A stretch of 64,000 nt of DNA from a virus (Duplodnaviria; Caudoviricetes): the IMG/VR virus record IMGVR_UViG_3300036762_000065, positions 177,707 to 241,706 of that record, one strand, 5' to 3'. Position 1 is the stretch's first letter. Each line of letters begins with the position of its first letter. A program made the translations under genes and the position numbers. Below, one piece after another: positions 38,196 to 48,449 of this stretch. The notes beneath the pieces were generated by a model. That model was not told the DNA's origin and made no database searches. It saw nothing but the letters and a program-made list of their open reading frames with translations.

Positions 38196-39233
38196 CTATT
38201 TACAATTTTCGTTTTTCATCTGAATACGCATTCTATTTAGTTCTTTATCCGAGAAAAACTCCCCTACATCTAAGTACAGTCTTGCACACCCGTGAGGATC
38301 AACACTCTTTGCCAAGTACTGAACTATCACGTTAAACTCTTGCTTTATATAATTGTCAGATAGTGTGATTTTATCCGACAATGTGGAGTGTAAGTTTTTA
38401 TCATTGTCATCATCGTCTCCTGAGGATAATGAATCCAAGCTTACACTGAAATTTATATCTCCTGTAGTGTGGTTTGCTATTTTCTTTCTGTGGGATTGTG
38501 GTATAGTGTACGCTATGCCATACTCGTGATCTGAGGTACTGCTAGTTTGTGCATTTAAAATCCACCAATTAACATACGAGGTTAAGGCTCCTTTGTTACT
38601 ATCATACTTATCAATAGCAACAAGGATACTTTTTAAAATAGACTGTCTTGCATCTTTGAAATCAAAATTTAAGGCGCTATTGGACCTTATATATTGTTTA
38701 GCTTGGTTTGAACTGTGTTTAACATAGTGTCCCAGTATGACTGCACGGTAGTTATAAAACTTAGTTAAATAGCTTTGCGTTATATTCATTATTCTATATA
38801 ACCCTTGCCTATCGCAACCGACAGACTCCGCTATCAAGTCTAATGAGTTTTTAAGAAATTTCCTGTCCTCTTTTGTTGATGTGAGGTACTGATTATATAT
38901 AGTTAAATAATCAGAATGGGTTGTTAGAAATTTAGATATGAATGTGTGTGTAAAGGAGCGTTCTATCCTAGTATCTCTTATTATACGGAACTTCTCTTGT
39001 CTGTCTTCAGGTCGTGTAAGCGCAAGATACTTACACAAATGTTGTATGGCTAAGTTACGGTCTAGTGAGCTTAGCCTACGTTTTCTATTTTGAGAAATAA
39101 CAGAAAGTACATATCTGACCTGTGAGTCGAAAACATTAGAGTTCAATACTATAGGTTCCAGCGCCTTATAAAGAAACAAATCTAAAGTTTGTTGTATCTG
39201 CTCTCCTGTAAGATTCTTGTCCGCTGCGCTCAT
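38196..39233 (-). CDS. RNA polymerase sigma-70-family factor
   Basis: DFKDARQSILKSILVAIDKYDSNKGALTSYVNWWI (region 2), YTIP, VSLDS (region 3.2). Confidence 0.75.
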   Translation of the reverse strand: MSAADKNLTGEQIQQTLDLFLYKALEPIVLNSNVFDSQVRYVLSVISQNRKRRLSSLDRNLAIQHLCKYLALTRPEDRQEKFRIIRDTRIERSFTHTFISKFLTTHSDYLTIYNQYLTSTKEDRKFLKNSLDLIAESVGCDRQGLYRIMNITQSYLTKFYNYRAVILGHYVKHSSNQAKQYIRSNSALNFDFKDARQSILKSILVAIDKYDSNKGALTSYVNWWILNAQTSSTSDHEYGIAYTIPQSHRKKIANHTTGDINFSVSLDSLSSGDDDDNDKNLHSTLSDKITLSDNYIKQEFNVIVQYLAKSVDPHGCARLYLDVGEFFSDKELNRMRIQMKNENCK

Positions 39234-39246
39234 AAAAACCTCAACA

Positions 39247-39963
39247 TCAAACTTCTACTGTAGTAGTGCCTTTTGCGTAAGGTCTAATATTGTTAGCAGG
39301 CGAACTACTCATATCATTTCTATTTACACTTTCGATAGAAAGCTCTTCCGGTATCTTGAGTACATCAATTTCTATATCAGGAAGCTGCTCTACCGTACAA
39401 GGAGAACTCTCCTTGTTAATAGTCTTGTCCGATCTATATAAAGTAATGATCGCTTCAGGTTTAATTTTCCCGTCAATGTTGATACGCTTCTTTAGTCCTG
39501 TACCAGCATCCCTTGAATTTAAAGTATATTCAAGTAAATATTCTATAGTGCAAAACAGTTCTTCTTTGTCTGCGTTCGCGGCTTTAAGCTCTGCTTCAAA
39601 CTTCTTTTTCTTGTGTTGGGACTCTCCGAAGTTTTTTCTACCCAAATCCAGGTCTACGGACATACTGTTTAATTTTGTTTCGTATTCCTTAGCATTGGCA
39701 TTCAACTTATTTTTCAACTGTATGTTTTCTACCATAGTATCGGCTTCAGATTCCATGAGTCGATTGCGCTGGATACGTACAGCTACCAAAGCAGCCTCTG
39801 CTTGATTTGCTTTAGACTCGGCAAACACCTTACCGTTATGTGCAAGTGCGGCCTTCTCGTCCAGTTGCTTCAACTTTACAAGAGTGTTTTGTAACTCTTC
39901 TTGCAACAGGTCTAGTTTGGTATGCTCTTTAGCAGACGCTTCTACTATTTCTTGTTCTGGCAT
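39247..39963 (-). CDS. Coiled-coil hypothetical protein
   Basis: Heptad-rich N-terminal half. Confidence 0.75.
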   Translation of the reverse strand: MPEQEIVEASAKEHTKLDLLQEELQNTLVKLKQLDEKAALAHNGKVFAESKANQAEAALVAVRIQRNRLMESEADTMVENIQLKNKLNANAKEYETKLNSMSVDLDLGRKNFGESQHKKKKFEAELKAANADKEELFCTIEYLLEYTLNSRDAGTGLKKRINIDGKIKPEAIITLYRSDKTINKESSPCTVEQLPDIEIDVLKIPEELSIESVNRNDMSSSPANNIRPYAKGTTTVEV

Positions 39964-39972
39964 TTCAAATCC

Positions 39973-41706
39973 TCACAGGTTTTCTTTTATGATTTTAACA
40001 GAGAGTGCTACCAAGTGTTTACATAAACCGTATGCAAATTGCGGATTTGTATAAACAGGAGCATCACCATTACCGTATATAATTCTACTAGCTCCATAAG
40101 AAGCGTTTGCCCACTCCCATCTGAAAACGTAGTCCTCGCAATTGTGGGCAACTACACCTCCGTTGACAACAAAACGATGTACTATAGGCACATTTATATC
40201 GTACACATCATGTTCTCCAGAATAGTGCTTCTTAGTTACCTTAGTTGTCAATACTCTAGGTCTAAAAGGCTTAAACACATACGTATAAAATCTTTCAGAT
40301 AGTTCTAAATAATCACGCAGTTCAAAAAAAGATTTGGCTGATATACTCAGACAATACATATCTTTAGAGGCTTTAAAGACACATCCTGTTTTTCTATCCG
40401 TATTTACTACAGTACCAGCTTTACGTTCTAGGCGTATCGAGGTATCCGAAAACCCGTACCTAATCAATGCTTCAAATATAGGTTTCAAATATAAACCACT
40501 GCCTCGCAATAATAATGATTTTATCATATTATTCTTACTAGACACACTAGCATCTGCACTAATTAAACCAGATAGATATCCGAAGAACTGTTCCTTAGTT
40601 TTAAAGCAAGGAACCCCTGTATTATCGTAGTTGTATCTCCAAGCTAACTCTTTGGCTTTATGGTTGAATGCGTATACCGCTGCTTTTTTACCACTTATTT
40701 TTCTACGGGCCATAGCTCTAATAAGTCCCATATCAATGAAGTGTTTACAGAAGTTAAACTTATCTGAATTAAAAACTTTTAAATCGAAGGTTTTAGAACT
40801 AGGACCTCCTGTAACAGTACCGTCACCTTGCATAAATCCAAGAAATCGCATGTTATAAAACTCTGATGTTTTATCAGGTAAAGCAGTATAGGCTCTAGTT
40901 AAAACCAAATTGTCTCCTTGATTTATATCTCGCAACTCTTTCCAAACAAGGCCACTCCTAGATTCTTTTACTAAAAACCTGTGATCTTCTGTAGCATCAA
41001 CGCTTTCTCCGTTGGAAAACTCAAGTTTAAATGTCGGCTTTCGTCCTGTGTAGAAAGGGGCAGTTCCTGGATAATACTTTCCATCTACCAAATACTTTAT
41101 TGGCGTGCTATTTAAGTTAAAATCCTCGGCTATTTCGTACACAGTCTTCCAGCCTTTGGAAGTTAATACTTTTGTTTTGCCTGAAATGCAATTGCATGAA
41201 ACTATAACGCGCTTGTGTTTATTAACAGGTACTTCTACTAAAGGATCGTGAGAAGGACTCGTATCGAGCCCTATAATAAAAGTATCGTGAGGGCGTTTTA
41301 CTTTAACCGGTCTCCAAGGATCATCTGTTAAAGTAACTGACTGAATAGCAGGCATACCAGAACGAGTATTTGTTTTACTTAGCTTAATGACGTTAACATC
41401 GGTTGCATTATTAATCATCAAACGAGGTGTGTTGCGTAACAACTTTCTAAGTGTTAGCCCCTTGAGCGTTTGAGAAGTTTCCGGTAATTGCTTAGGCTGT
41501 TGCGGATTTAATCCGCTTTTCTTGTACGGCAATCCTTTAGCTACTCGTTGTTTAGACTGTGTTGCTTTCTTTGCAGCAGGTTTAACGGAAGCTCGTTTAG
41601 CGGCACTAGGTCTTCCGCTAGTATTCTTACGTGATTTGGGCACAGTTTTTATTTTGCTTTTAGAGGGACTTAAACTTCCTCGTTTTGGGCGAGCCATAAT
41701 AACCAC
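39973..41706 (-). CDS. SWIM zinc-finger protein, intein-containing
   Basis: Spliced extein reads VSCNCEDY...GLCKHL (CxC...CxH); basic N-terminal tail. Confidence 0.8.
   Translation of the reverse strand: MVIMARPKRGSLSPSKSKIKTVPKSRKNTSGRPSAAKRASVKPAAKKATQSKQRVAKGLPYKKSGLNPQQPKQLPETSQTLKGLTLRKLLRNTPRLMINNATDVNVIKLSKTNTRSGMPAIQSVTLTDDPWRPVKVKRPHDTFIIGLDTSPSHDPLVEVPVNKHKRVIVSCNCISGKTKVLTSKGWKTVYEIAEDFNLNSTPIKYLVDGKYYPGTAPFYTGRKPTFKLEFSNGESVDATEDHRFLVKESRSGLVWKELRDINQGDNLVLTRAYTALPDKTSEFYNMRFLGFMQGDGTVTGGPSSKTFDLKVFNSDKFNFCKHFIDMGLIRAMARRKISGKKAAVYAFNHKAKELAWRYNYDNTGVPCFKTKEQFFGYLSGLISADASVSSKNNMIKSLLLRGSGLYLKPIFEALIRYGFSDTSIRLERKAGTVVNTDRKTGCVFKASKDMYCLSISAKSFFELRDYLELSERFYTYVFKPFRPRVLTTKVTKKHYSGEHDVYDINVPIVHRFVVNGGVVAHNCEDYVFRWEWANASYGASRIIYGNGDAPVYTNPQFAYGLCKHLVALSVKIIKENL
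40141..41190 (-). mobile_element. Intein (350 aa) with LAGLIDADG domain
   Basis: Starts CISGKT, ATEDHRF block B, ends VYDINV...VVAHN followed by Cys; FLGFMQGDG and LSGLISADAS. Confidence 0.92.
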
Positions 41707-41708
41707 CT

Positions 41709-42587
41709 TTACATTTTTTGCCTCTGTTTTGCTTTAGCCTTGCGCAAGAGCTTACTTTTCTTCCTGTTTTTAACTTTCTTTTTCCTAGCTTTTTCTATGT
41801 TTACAACACCTTTATAGTTACCTGCAGTGCGATTTTCCTTTATAGCACGAAACTGTTGTTGTGATATGTAGGTATCAACCTCTAATAAATAAGATCGGAA
41901 TAACTCATCCTTAACATCATCCGGCATATGCTTATTTAAACTAGACATGGAGTAGGCTAAACTATTTGTATCTATTGAACTATTAGAAAAGCTTTGCTGT
42001 AGTTTAATTACAGTCTCTTCCTCAGACAACCCACCTTCTGCTATTTTAGAGAAATCCTCAAGTACAGGATGTGTGTATAATTTTTCTCCTATGTGAGTAT
42101 CTTCATCCACACTCAACTCAAAAGTACCTGAACTCTCAAACGTAAACGCAACACATCCGGTTTCTTCAAAGGGGTTTTCCACTTCTGCTTTACGTAGTCC
42201 TTCAAACCAAGTTATGTGTAGATTATTTTCTTTGTCTATTTCGCGTAGGCTAAAACGTGAAGATTCTTGTTGTACTATATCAGAAAAAACATCAATTGCA
42301 CTATAACCTTCATAGGCGTTTATAGTTAACGCTCTACCTAGCTCTGTAATTACAGAATAAGGCACTTCGGATACAGACAACATAAGTAAATTACTTTCTA
42401 CTTTAACATCATGGACATACGGTAAATACTTTGACGTTATTAATGCTAAATTTATAGCGGCAAAATAATTAAAGTCTTGTTTATCGTAGTAATGTAAAAT
42501 AACGCCGTTGTTCTCTAGGGTTGACAGGTTATCATGCGTTAATCTTAATTCCCATGTCCACTTATCTTCTGTATGTGTTTGCATCAT
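41709..42587 (-). CDS. Hypothetical protein
   Basis: Acidic body with basic C-terminal tail. Confidence 0.7.
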   Translation of the reverse strand: MMQTHTEDKWTWELRLTHDNLSTLENNGVILHYYDKQDFNYFAAINLALITSKYLPYVHDVKVESNLLMLSVSEVPYSVITELGRALTINAYEGYSAIDVFSDIVQQESSRFSLREIDKENNLHITWFEGLRKAEVENPFEETGCVAFTFESSGTFELSVDEDTHIGEKLYTHPVLEDFSKIAEGGLSEEETVIKLQQSFSNSSIDTNSLAYSMSSLNKHMPDDVKDELFRSYLLEVDTYISQQQFRAIKENRTAGNYKGVVNIEKARKKKVKNRKKSKLLRKAKAKQRQKM

Positions 42588-42593
42588 TACATC

Positions 42594-43013
42594 CTATATA
42601 AGTTTAGCTTCATCACCGTTGTGTTTTAACTCATCTTGCATCTTTTGTCTAACAGTCGATGCGTACTCTTCTGGGAGTTTGCCAGAAAAAGCATGAAAAG
42701 GAAAAGGTGTAGTCCTATCAGCTTGCCACTTTTTTATAGTCTCCATAAATAAGCAGTAGCCTATAAGCACCTCAGAAGGTATTTCAACAAGTGCCTGCAA
42801 CTCATTCATATGAATATCGGTTATAGTGAACCGCATGTCGTTTTTATCTAAATCATAATAAGATATGAAATAATACAACGGTGTTTTAAATTCAGGGTGG
42901 TAGAACTCTTTGTCTTCGAATGGCTTTATAACATAAACGGCAGTTCTTAGGTCATTAAGCTTTCTCTCTATCTCAACAGCTTCCGTCTGTAATTCTTGAT
43001 ACGTTATGCTCAT
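42594..43013 (-). CDS. Hypothetical protein
   Basis: ORF in packed array. Confidence 0.7.
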   Translation of the reverse strand: MSITYQELQTEAVEIERKLNDLRTAVYVIKPFEDKEFYHPEFKTPLYYFISYYDLDKNDMRFTITDIHMNELQALVEIPSEVLIGYCLFMETIKKWQADRTTPFPFHAFSGKLPEEYASTVRQKMQDELKHNGDEAKLI

Positions 43014-43692
43014 AACTTAAAGTTCCTGTCTCTGATACTTTTAGGTTTGAAATAATAAGTAGATTTTTAGAAATATCTTTAGAAAATACTTGGCTCTTTG
43101 TTAATGCGTAAAACTCAAGAGGATTATGTCTGAGTTTTTCAGATAACCATCCGACCCTGTCTACCAGAGTGCCGCTGCTCGGATGCATTTTAATTAACAT
43201 CCAGTGATCTGCCGTAAGTCCTTGCATAGCACACATGTAGTTATACGCTTTCCACAGTAGGTCGTAATAATACTCCTCAGCTTGGCATAGTTGATGGGCT
43301 TCGTGTTCAAGATAATCTTTATATTTTCTGTAGGGATTTATAAGTCTCTTAAGATCGCGTATAAAAGAAAGTTCTCGCCTACATTCATCCAAACACGCTT
43401 GGGCAATAGGGGTTCGTGCAATAGTTTCTTGTATAAATGCGTTAGCTAGATGTTTGTTTCCTTCCGTTTCAAACATTAGACTATTGTTGATGGCAGAGTG
43501 TTTCTCAGTGTCGAGAATAGCTTTATTTCCTATGATCTTTGCTTGGGACCTTTCGGATTCTGCTTTAGATATGTTTATAGAAAATTCACGGTCTTCTTCA
43601 AGTTCGCATAGTATCCTATAAGCCTCGTCTATTGTGTGGCAATTACCCAGAATTTGATATACAACCTGATATCTACTATGTTTCCAGTGCAT
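42973..43692 (-). CDS. Hypothetical helical protein
   Basis: 239-aa ORF. Confidence 0.7.
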   Translation of the reverse strand: MHWKHSRYQVVYQILGNCHTIDEAYRILCELEEDREFSINISKAESERSQAKIIGNKAILDTEKHSAINNSLMFETEGNKHLANAFIQETIARTPIAQACLDECRRELSFIRDLKRLINPYRKYKDYLEHEAHQLCQAEEYYYDLLWKAYNYMCAMQGLTADHWMLIKMHPSSGTLVDRVGWLSEKLRHNPLEFYALTKSQVFSKDISKNLLIISNLKVSETGTLSYEHNVSRITDGSC

Positions 43693-43750
43693 TATATTAA
43701 CTCTGCTTTGTTATTAGATTAATATTTAATAGAATAAACGCTGATCTAAT

Positions 43751-43778
43751 AACAAAGGCGGCCAATGCCGCCTTTGTT
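43751..43778 (-). terminator. Intrinsic terminator
   Basis: AACAAAGGCGGC-4nt-GCCGCCTTTGTT 12-bp stem. Confidence 0.8.
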
Positions 43779-43811
43779 CTGTAGGTAAAACTCACGTACT
43801 ACAGCATATTA

Positions 43812-44444
43812 CTACATTTCGTCAAAGTCATCAAAGTCATCGAAGTCATCTGCGGCAGGTGCTGCTTTCTTTGCAGGACGCTTTGCACTTGCTTTCTTTG
43901 CAGGAGCTTCTTCCAAAGACTCACTACTACGAACCCGTCGAGTTTTACGAGCCGGAGCGTCTTCCGCTTCAACTTCTTTACGAATCCGTCGAGTTTTACG
44001 AGCTGGTGCAGCTTCCGCTTCAGCGGCTTTTGCTCGGCGAGACTTACGTGCTGGAGCCGGAGCGTCTTCCGCTTCAACTTCTTTACGAATCCGTCGAGTT
44101 TTACGAGCTGGTGCAGCTTCCGCTTCAGCGGCTTTTGCTCGGCGAGACTTACGTGCTGGAGCCGGAGCGTCTTCCGCTTCAACTTCTTTACGAATCCGTC
44201 GAGTTTTACGAGCTGGTGCAGCTTCCGCTTCAGCGGCTTTTGCTCGGCGAGACTTACGTGCTGGAGCAGATCCTGTTGTTGAAGTTCCGCTGTCAACAGC
44301 CTCTAACTGTGCGTCCGTACTTGATAAAATTTCTTCAAGTTTAGTACGTTGTGTATCGAGAGTTTTTAACGCGGCTTCTGCATTACGCTTTTGCTTTTTC
44401 AGCGCGGAAACAAGTGGTCGTTTTTGTAATTCAATCGTAGACAT
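43812..44444 (-). CDS. Histone H1-like disordered protein (coiled-coil N-terminus, ARKxRR repeats, acidic DDF tip)
   Basis: AAGGA SD; three 35-aa repeats; ends DDFDDFDDFDEM. Confidence 0.8.
   Translation of the reverse strand: MSTIELQKRPLVSALKKQKRNAEAALKTLDTQRTKLEEILSSTDAQLEAVDSGTSTTGSAPARKSRRAKAAEAEAAPARKTRRIRKEVEAEDAPAPARKSRRAKAAEAEAAPARKTRRIRKEVEAEDAPAPARKSRRAKAAEAEAAPARKTRRIRKEVEAEDAPARKTRRVRSSESLEEAPAKKASAKRPAKKAAPAADDFDDFDDFDEM
43935..44268 (-). repeat. 105-bp coding tandem repeat x3
   Basis: ARKSRRAKAAEAEAAPARKTRRIRKEVEAEDAPAP. Confidence 0.9.
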
Positions 44445-44496
44445 AATTAAATATTCCTTTGTTTAAAGAGTTTTTGTTCAAGCAAAACGGATCAGA

Positions 44497-44898
44497 CTAA
44501 ACCTCGTCATCTTCCCATTCATCATCATCTTCCTCATCATCTTCCTCATCATCTTCGAAGTCGTCATCTTCCTCATCATCTTCGAAGTCGTCATCTTCCT
44601 CATCATCTTCGAAGTCGTCATCTTCCTCATCATCTTCGAAGTCGTCATCCTCACCATCATCTTCGAAGTCGTCATCTTCCTCATCATCTTCGAAGTCGTC
44701 AGAATCGTCCTCATCTAGGAGATCATCTTCTTCGGATTCAGGAAGTTCTGTACTCAACTCCTCAACTAGAGAGTTTAAGGTGTACCCGCTCTCTTGGGCT
44801 TGGTATAAAAAACTCAACATGCTTTCAGCAGCAACAACAGAAAGATTAAGTTGTGGTTTTTTAGCGGATTTGCTGGATTTGCCGGACGTTCTAGTCAT
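44497..44898 (-). CDS. Highly acidic protein with FEDDEEDDD repeats
   Basis: AAGG SD, TGTAAAT motif upstream; 27-bp repeats. Confidence 0.8.
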   Translation of the reverse strand: MTRTSGKSSKSAKKPQLNLSVVAAESMLSFLYQAQESGYTLNSLVEELSTELPESEEDDLLDEDDSDDFEDDEEDDDFEDDGEDDDFEDDEEDDDFEDDEEDDDFEDDEEDDDFEDDEEDDEEDDDEWEDDEV

Positions 44899-44958
44899 TA
44901 TATAGCACCTTATGTGTATTGTATGGTTTGTGTTACTTCGTTATATTTACAGTTTTAA

Positions 44959-45699
44959 TTACAAATGGTCTTCATCGTCATCGTCTTCAAAGTCTTCCTC
45001 TTCATCGTCTTCAAAGTCTTCCTCTTCATCGTCTTCAAAGTCTTCCTCTTCATCGTCTTCATCGTCTTCAAAGTCTTCCTCTTCGTCTTCGTAATCTTCC
45101 TCGTCTTCAAAGTCTTCTTCTTCGTCCTCGTAATCTTCCTCGTCCTCGTCTAATTCTTCTTCTTCGTCCTCGTCCTCTTCATCCCGGCGCTTGCCGGAAA
45201 CAGGTTTATCATCTTTATGCCTAAACGTGTTTTTATTTTGCGAGTCTTCGTCGGAGAATATTTCGTACTCTACACCGTCTCGGTGATACAACGTTACAGT
45301 CTCGTCCGTAGCCGTATCGTTAATTACTAAATTTCCAAAATCATCGAAAGAAATAGTACCGGAATACGTAGCTATAACTTTTCTCTGAGGAATAATAATC
45401 TGAGAGGTCTCTCCTGCATCTCCGAATAAGGAAATGATATCGTCAGGATTAAACACACTTATACGCATTTTCTTTGAAGCTGCACTTTTCTTGTGTCGAA
45501 ACAAGATGGAAGTTTTTGACTTTGCTATAAGAAACCCGTTTATCTCTACAGGAACCTTTGTTATGACGTTAGCAATAAATGTAGATTTGTGCGGATTGAT
45601 TTTACCGACACCTTTATCGACACCTCTTAGTCGTTTGTTTATCTTGTCGGAACGCGACAGTCTATTACGAGAGGTTCTATTCTTATTTCGTGTAATCAT
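44959..45699 (-). CDS. Protein with basic N-terminus, beta-rich core and acidic repeat tail
   Basis: AGGA SD, TGTAAAT motif upstream; (F/Y)EDEEED repeats. Confidence 0.8.
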   Translation of the reverse strand: MITRNKNRTSRNRLSRSDKINKRLRGVDKGVGKINPHKSTFIANVITKVPVEINGFLIAKSKTSILFRHKKSAASKKMRISVFNPDDIISLFGDAGETSQIIIPQRKVIATYSGTISFDDFGNLVINDTATDETVTLYHRDGVEYEIFSDEDSQNKNTFRHKDDKPVSGKRRDEEDEDEEEELDEDEEDYEDEEEDFEDEEDYEDEEEDFEDDEDDEEEDFEDDEEEDFEDDEEEDFEDDDDEDHL

Positions 45700-45802
45700 T
45701 ACATTATATCCTGTTCAATTATGTTGTTACATTTACACTAAAATAAAATAGCAAGCGGGTTGTAACTTTCCAGGCGTAAATCAACCCGCCGCTAAGTAAG
45801 CG

Positions 45803-47044
45803 TTAAATAGCCTTAAGTGTTAAAATAGAACCGCCGTGTGCAAAAATTGTTCCTTTGATTTCTTGTCGAGTAAGCGAGTGCGGAAGGACTCCCAAATCAT
45901 CAGCTCCTTCGACAATCGAATTTTCGATATAATCATCGGACACAACTATAAAAGGATTCGAGCCGTCTTCTTCTATGTTCAACACCTCATCAAACAATCC
46001 ACGAACACTGTCATCAACTAAGGATTCCGCGCTTATGATAAAGCCAAAGTAGAACTCTACATTCTGTTTGTCTTTAGCGAGAAGCCTAAACGCATTGTAC
46101 ATAGACTTGATAGCTTTATCCTGTTTGTCAGAATCGGTCTGGCTGTACAGAATAGGAAACTGCATATTAAAGTGGAACACAGGACTAATAACAGTATCGT
46201 CACCTTGTTGTGAGTTGTTGTTCCAAGTACTCAACGCATACAGCCTTCTGATATCGAGTGCGTCATACTGTACTTCTTCGTCAATGTCGATACCATCTTC
46301 AGGATCAACCGTACGTTCTTGAGGTACAGAAACAATCGGCAAGTTTGCAGAATTAAGGTAGTTGCCATATAGCAGTTCGTACCCGCGCGTTTCTATTGCT
46401 GCGCGTACTTTTTCTGTCTGTTCTGCAACGTCTGAAGTTTTACCTAAAATAACGATATCTTGATTTGAAACCTCTTCCATGTAATCAACAAAGTTTGCAA
46501 GAGGCTGGCGCAATGCTCCAAAAGGATCTTTCTTGGTACCTGTACCTTTACGCATAAAGCTACTACAGCTAAAAAACGTATCACCGACTCGAACGTTTTT
46601 GATACGCTTAGACATGTCAAAAACTTCACCTGCTGGAATATATGAAATACTTAGGATGATTTTAGGTAAGACGCGAACTGTAGTATTGTCTGCCCCGACA
46701 AGGTCCATAAGATTAGGTAACTTCACTGCTACAGGTTCTTCCAAAGCCTCATCAATTTCAGAATCAAGTTCCGAATCAATTGAATCAATATCGTCTTCAG
46801 CCTCAAGTGCATCAACCGCATCTCTTAGATCGTCATTCATTACCGTATTCCCTTGTGTGTGTGTATTTACGCCTCGGAGTTGGTTACTCAAAACCCTCTC
46901 AAGTTTAGCATCGTGTGATTCTGAAACATGGTTTGCATCGCTCATTTTGTCACCTATATTTTTATGTGTGAACTTATTTACACTATTGGAAATAAGCTGT
47001 TGTCTTAGTCTATCTTTATCTGAAGTTAACTTATCATCTAACAA
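45803..47044 (-). CDS. Acidic hypothetical protein (start uncertain)
   Basis: 413-aa ORF; GGAGG before TTG start, alternative ATG near 46945. Confidence 0.7.
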   Translation of the reverse strand: MLDDKLTSDKDRLRQQLISNSVNKFTHKNIGDKMSDANHVSESHDAKLERVLSNQLRGVNTHTQGNTVMNDDLRDAVDALEAEDDIDSIDSELDSEIDEALEEPVAVKLPNLMDLVGADNTTVRVLPKIILSISYIPAGEVFDMSKRIKNVRVGDTFFSCSSFMRKGTGTKKDPFGALRQPLANFVDYMEEVSNQDIVILGKTSDVAEQTEKVRAAIETRGYELLYGNYLNSANLPIVSVPQERTVDPEDGIDIDEEVQYDALDIRRLYALSTWNNNSQQGDDTVISPVFHFNMQFPILYSQTDSDKQDKAIKSMYNAFRLLAKDKQNVEFYFGFIISAESLVDDSVRGLFDEVLNIEEDGSNPFIVVSDDYIENSIVEGADDLGVLPHSLTRQEIKGTIFAHGGSILTLKAI

Positions 47045-47057
47045 AAATACCTCCGTA

Positions 47058-48449
47058 CTACAATTTATATACGTAACGCTGCTTGTCTTTTCGGTTGTTT
47101 AAAGTTACATCTTTATTTGGTTGAATTAAAACACCGAAAAGCTTATATTCTCCATACAACTTAGACAGTAAATTAACGTAACTAGAAATACCCTTAACAG
47201 TCAACCTGTCTAGTGTTGTTGTAGACGCCTTAACAAGACCTTGGTGGCTAGTAGTCATAAATCCTAATACAGATAAATGACCTGCTTGGTCAGAAGGTTT
47301 CAAACTTAAACGATGGATGTTAAGCTGTTCCGTCACTCCTGCTATTTCAGTTCCAATGAACGACAAGTAATACTCAGGATACGAACACAACAACTCTTCT
47401 TTATTTACAGTATCCTTGAGTTTAACCGAATCTAATTCCTTTTTTATTGCGATATATTCGGTTTTTAGTTTTTTACTGTTTCTCTTATATTTTGTAAAAT
47501 ACGACCTAGCCTTTGCTTTAGTAGCAATACATCTCCTACTAAGTCTATCAATGGATTCACTGGCTATAAACTGCTTTCGTACAACAGATTTAAACTTCAA
47601 CAATTCATTAACCATATCAAATGTATTTTTTGCATTCGGAAAAGAAGTTGCTAGTTTTGCTTTCTTGGAGGCAGGCACTGCCAACACACCGCGAACAACA
47701 AAAAACTTAAAATCTATAGGCTGCTTTGAATGTTTTGCCATTCTAGCCGGGTAGTCTATTACAGTGCGCTTACCCCTAACCTCTCCTAAAAACATGGGCA
47801 CATCAAGAACGCTCATAACATCTAACGTAAACCTTATACTGTCAGTACCGTCTTCTACAAAAGCATCGTACATATGGCAATCTTTGCCGTCATCAGAAAT
47901 CTTATACACAACACTTATTCTAACTCCTGCAAATACCGGAGTTAAACTGACTGCGGTTGACTTGGTTCTACTTAGTTTAGTTTTTATTGTGTCTAAGTCT
48001 ATAACTTGATGGGACAGGTTTGAGTGTATAAGTTCTGGAAGTTCTGTCCTAAATTCAGGATAAACAAAAGCTTCCGAAGTATCTGTTATAAGTATGTCTG
48101 CAATGTCTGCCCGTAAAACAACTAAAGCTTCATCGAATGAAATATCGGTAGCTTCGAGTAGAGATAGAGATGACCATCGCACCGCATCAGTTTCGCTATG
48201 CGGTAAACCGAATCCTGTTATATACAACATAGAAACAGTGTGCATCGCTTCCCGACTTCCGCTCTTAACCTTGTTGTACAGACTTTTAAGTGTTTCTTTA
48301 TCTAATCGCGTCATGAAAAAAGACTCCGTGTTGCCGGAAACAAGTGTCATTGTTTCCGCTGTATTATGCAACTTATCAATACCTCGTTCTAGGATACCGG
48401 TTTTACATATACTCAACAGGCTATCGTTTTTAAACTTGCTACTCATCAC
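47058..48449 (-). CDS. Sel1-like repeat plus degenerate NAD-dependent DNA ligase adenylation-like domain
   Basis: EAMHTVSMLYITGFGLPHSETDAVRW; TPVFAGVRISVVY, VVRGVL, LSVLGF, YKLFGVLIQ, RYVYK in LigA motif order. Confidence 0.4.
   Translation of the reverse strand: MMSSKFKNDSLLSICKTGILERGIDKLHNTAETMTLVSGNTESFFMTRLDKETLKSLYNKVKSGSREAMHTVSMLYITGFGLPHSETDAVRWSSLSLLEATDISFDEALVVLRADIADILITDTSEAFVYPEFRTELPELIHSNLSHQVIDLDTIKTKLSRTKSTAVSLTPVFAGVRISVVYKISDDGKDCHMYDAFVEDGTDSIRFTLDVMSVLDVPMFLGEVRGKRTVIDYPARMAKHSKQPIDFKFFVVRGVLAVPASKKAKLATSFPNAKNTFDMVNELLKFKSVVRKQFIASESIDRLSRRCIATKAKARSYFTKYKRNSKKLKTEYIAIKKELDSVKLKDTVNKEELLCSYPEYYLSFIGTEIAGVTEQLNIHRLSLKPSDQAGHLSVLGFMTTSHQGLVKASTTTLDRLTVKGISSYVNLLSKLYGEYKLFGVLIQPNKDVTLNNRKDKQRYVYKL

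Noticed and set aside
43935-44268. Tandem repeats as a possible CRISPR array
   Set aside because: No unique spacers; unit lengths are multiples of three and lie within ORFs; no cas genes
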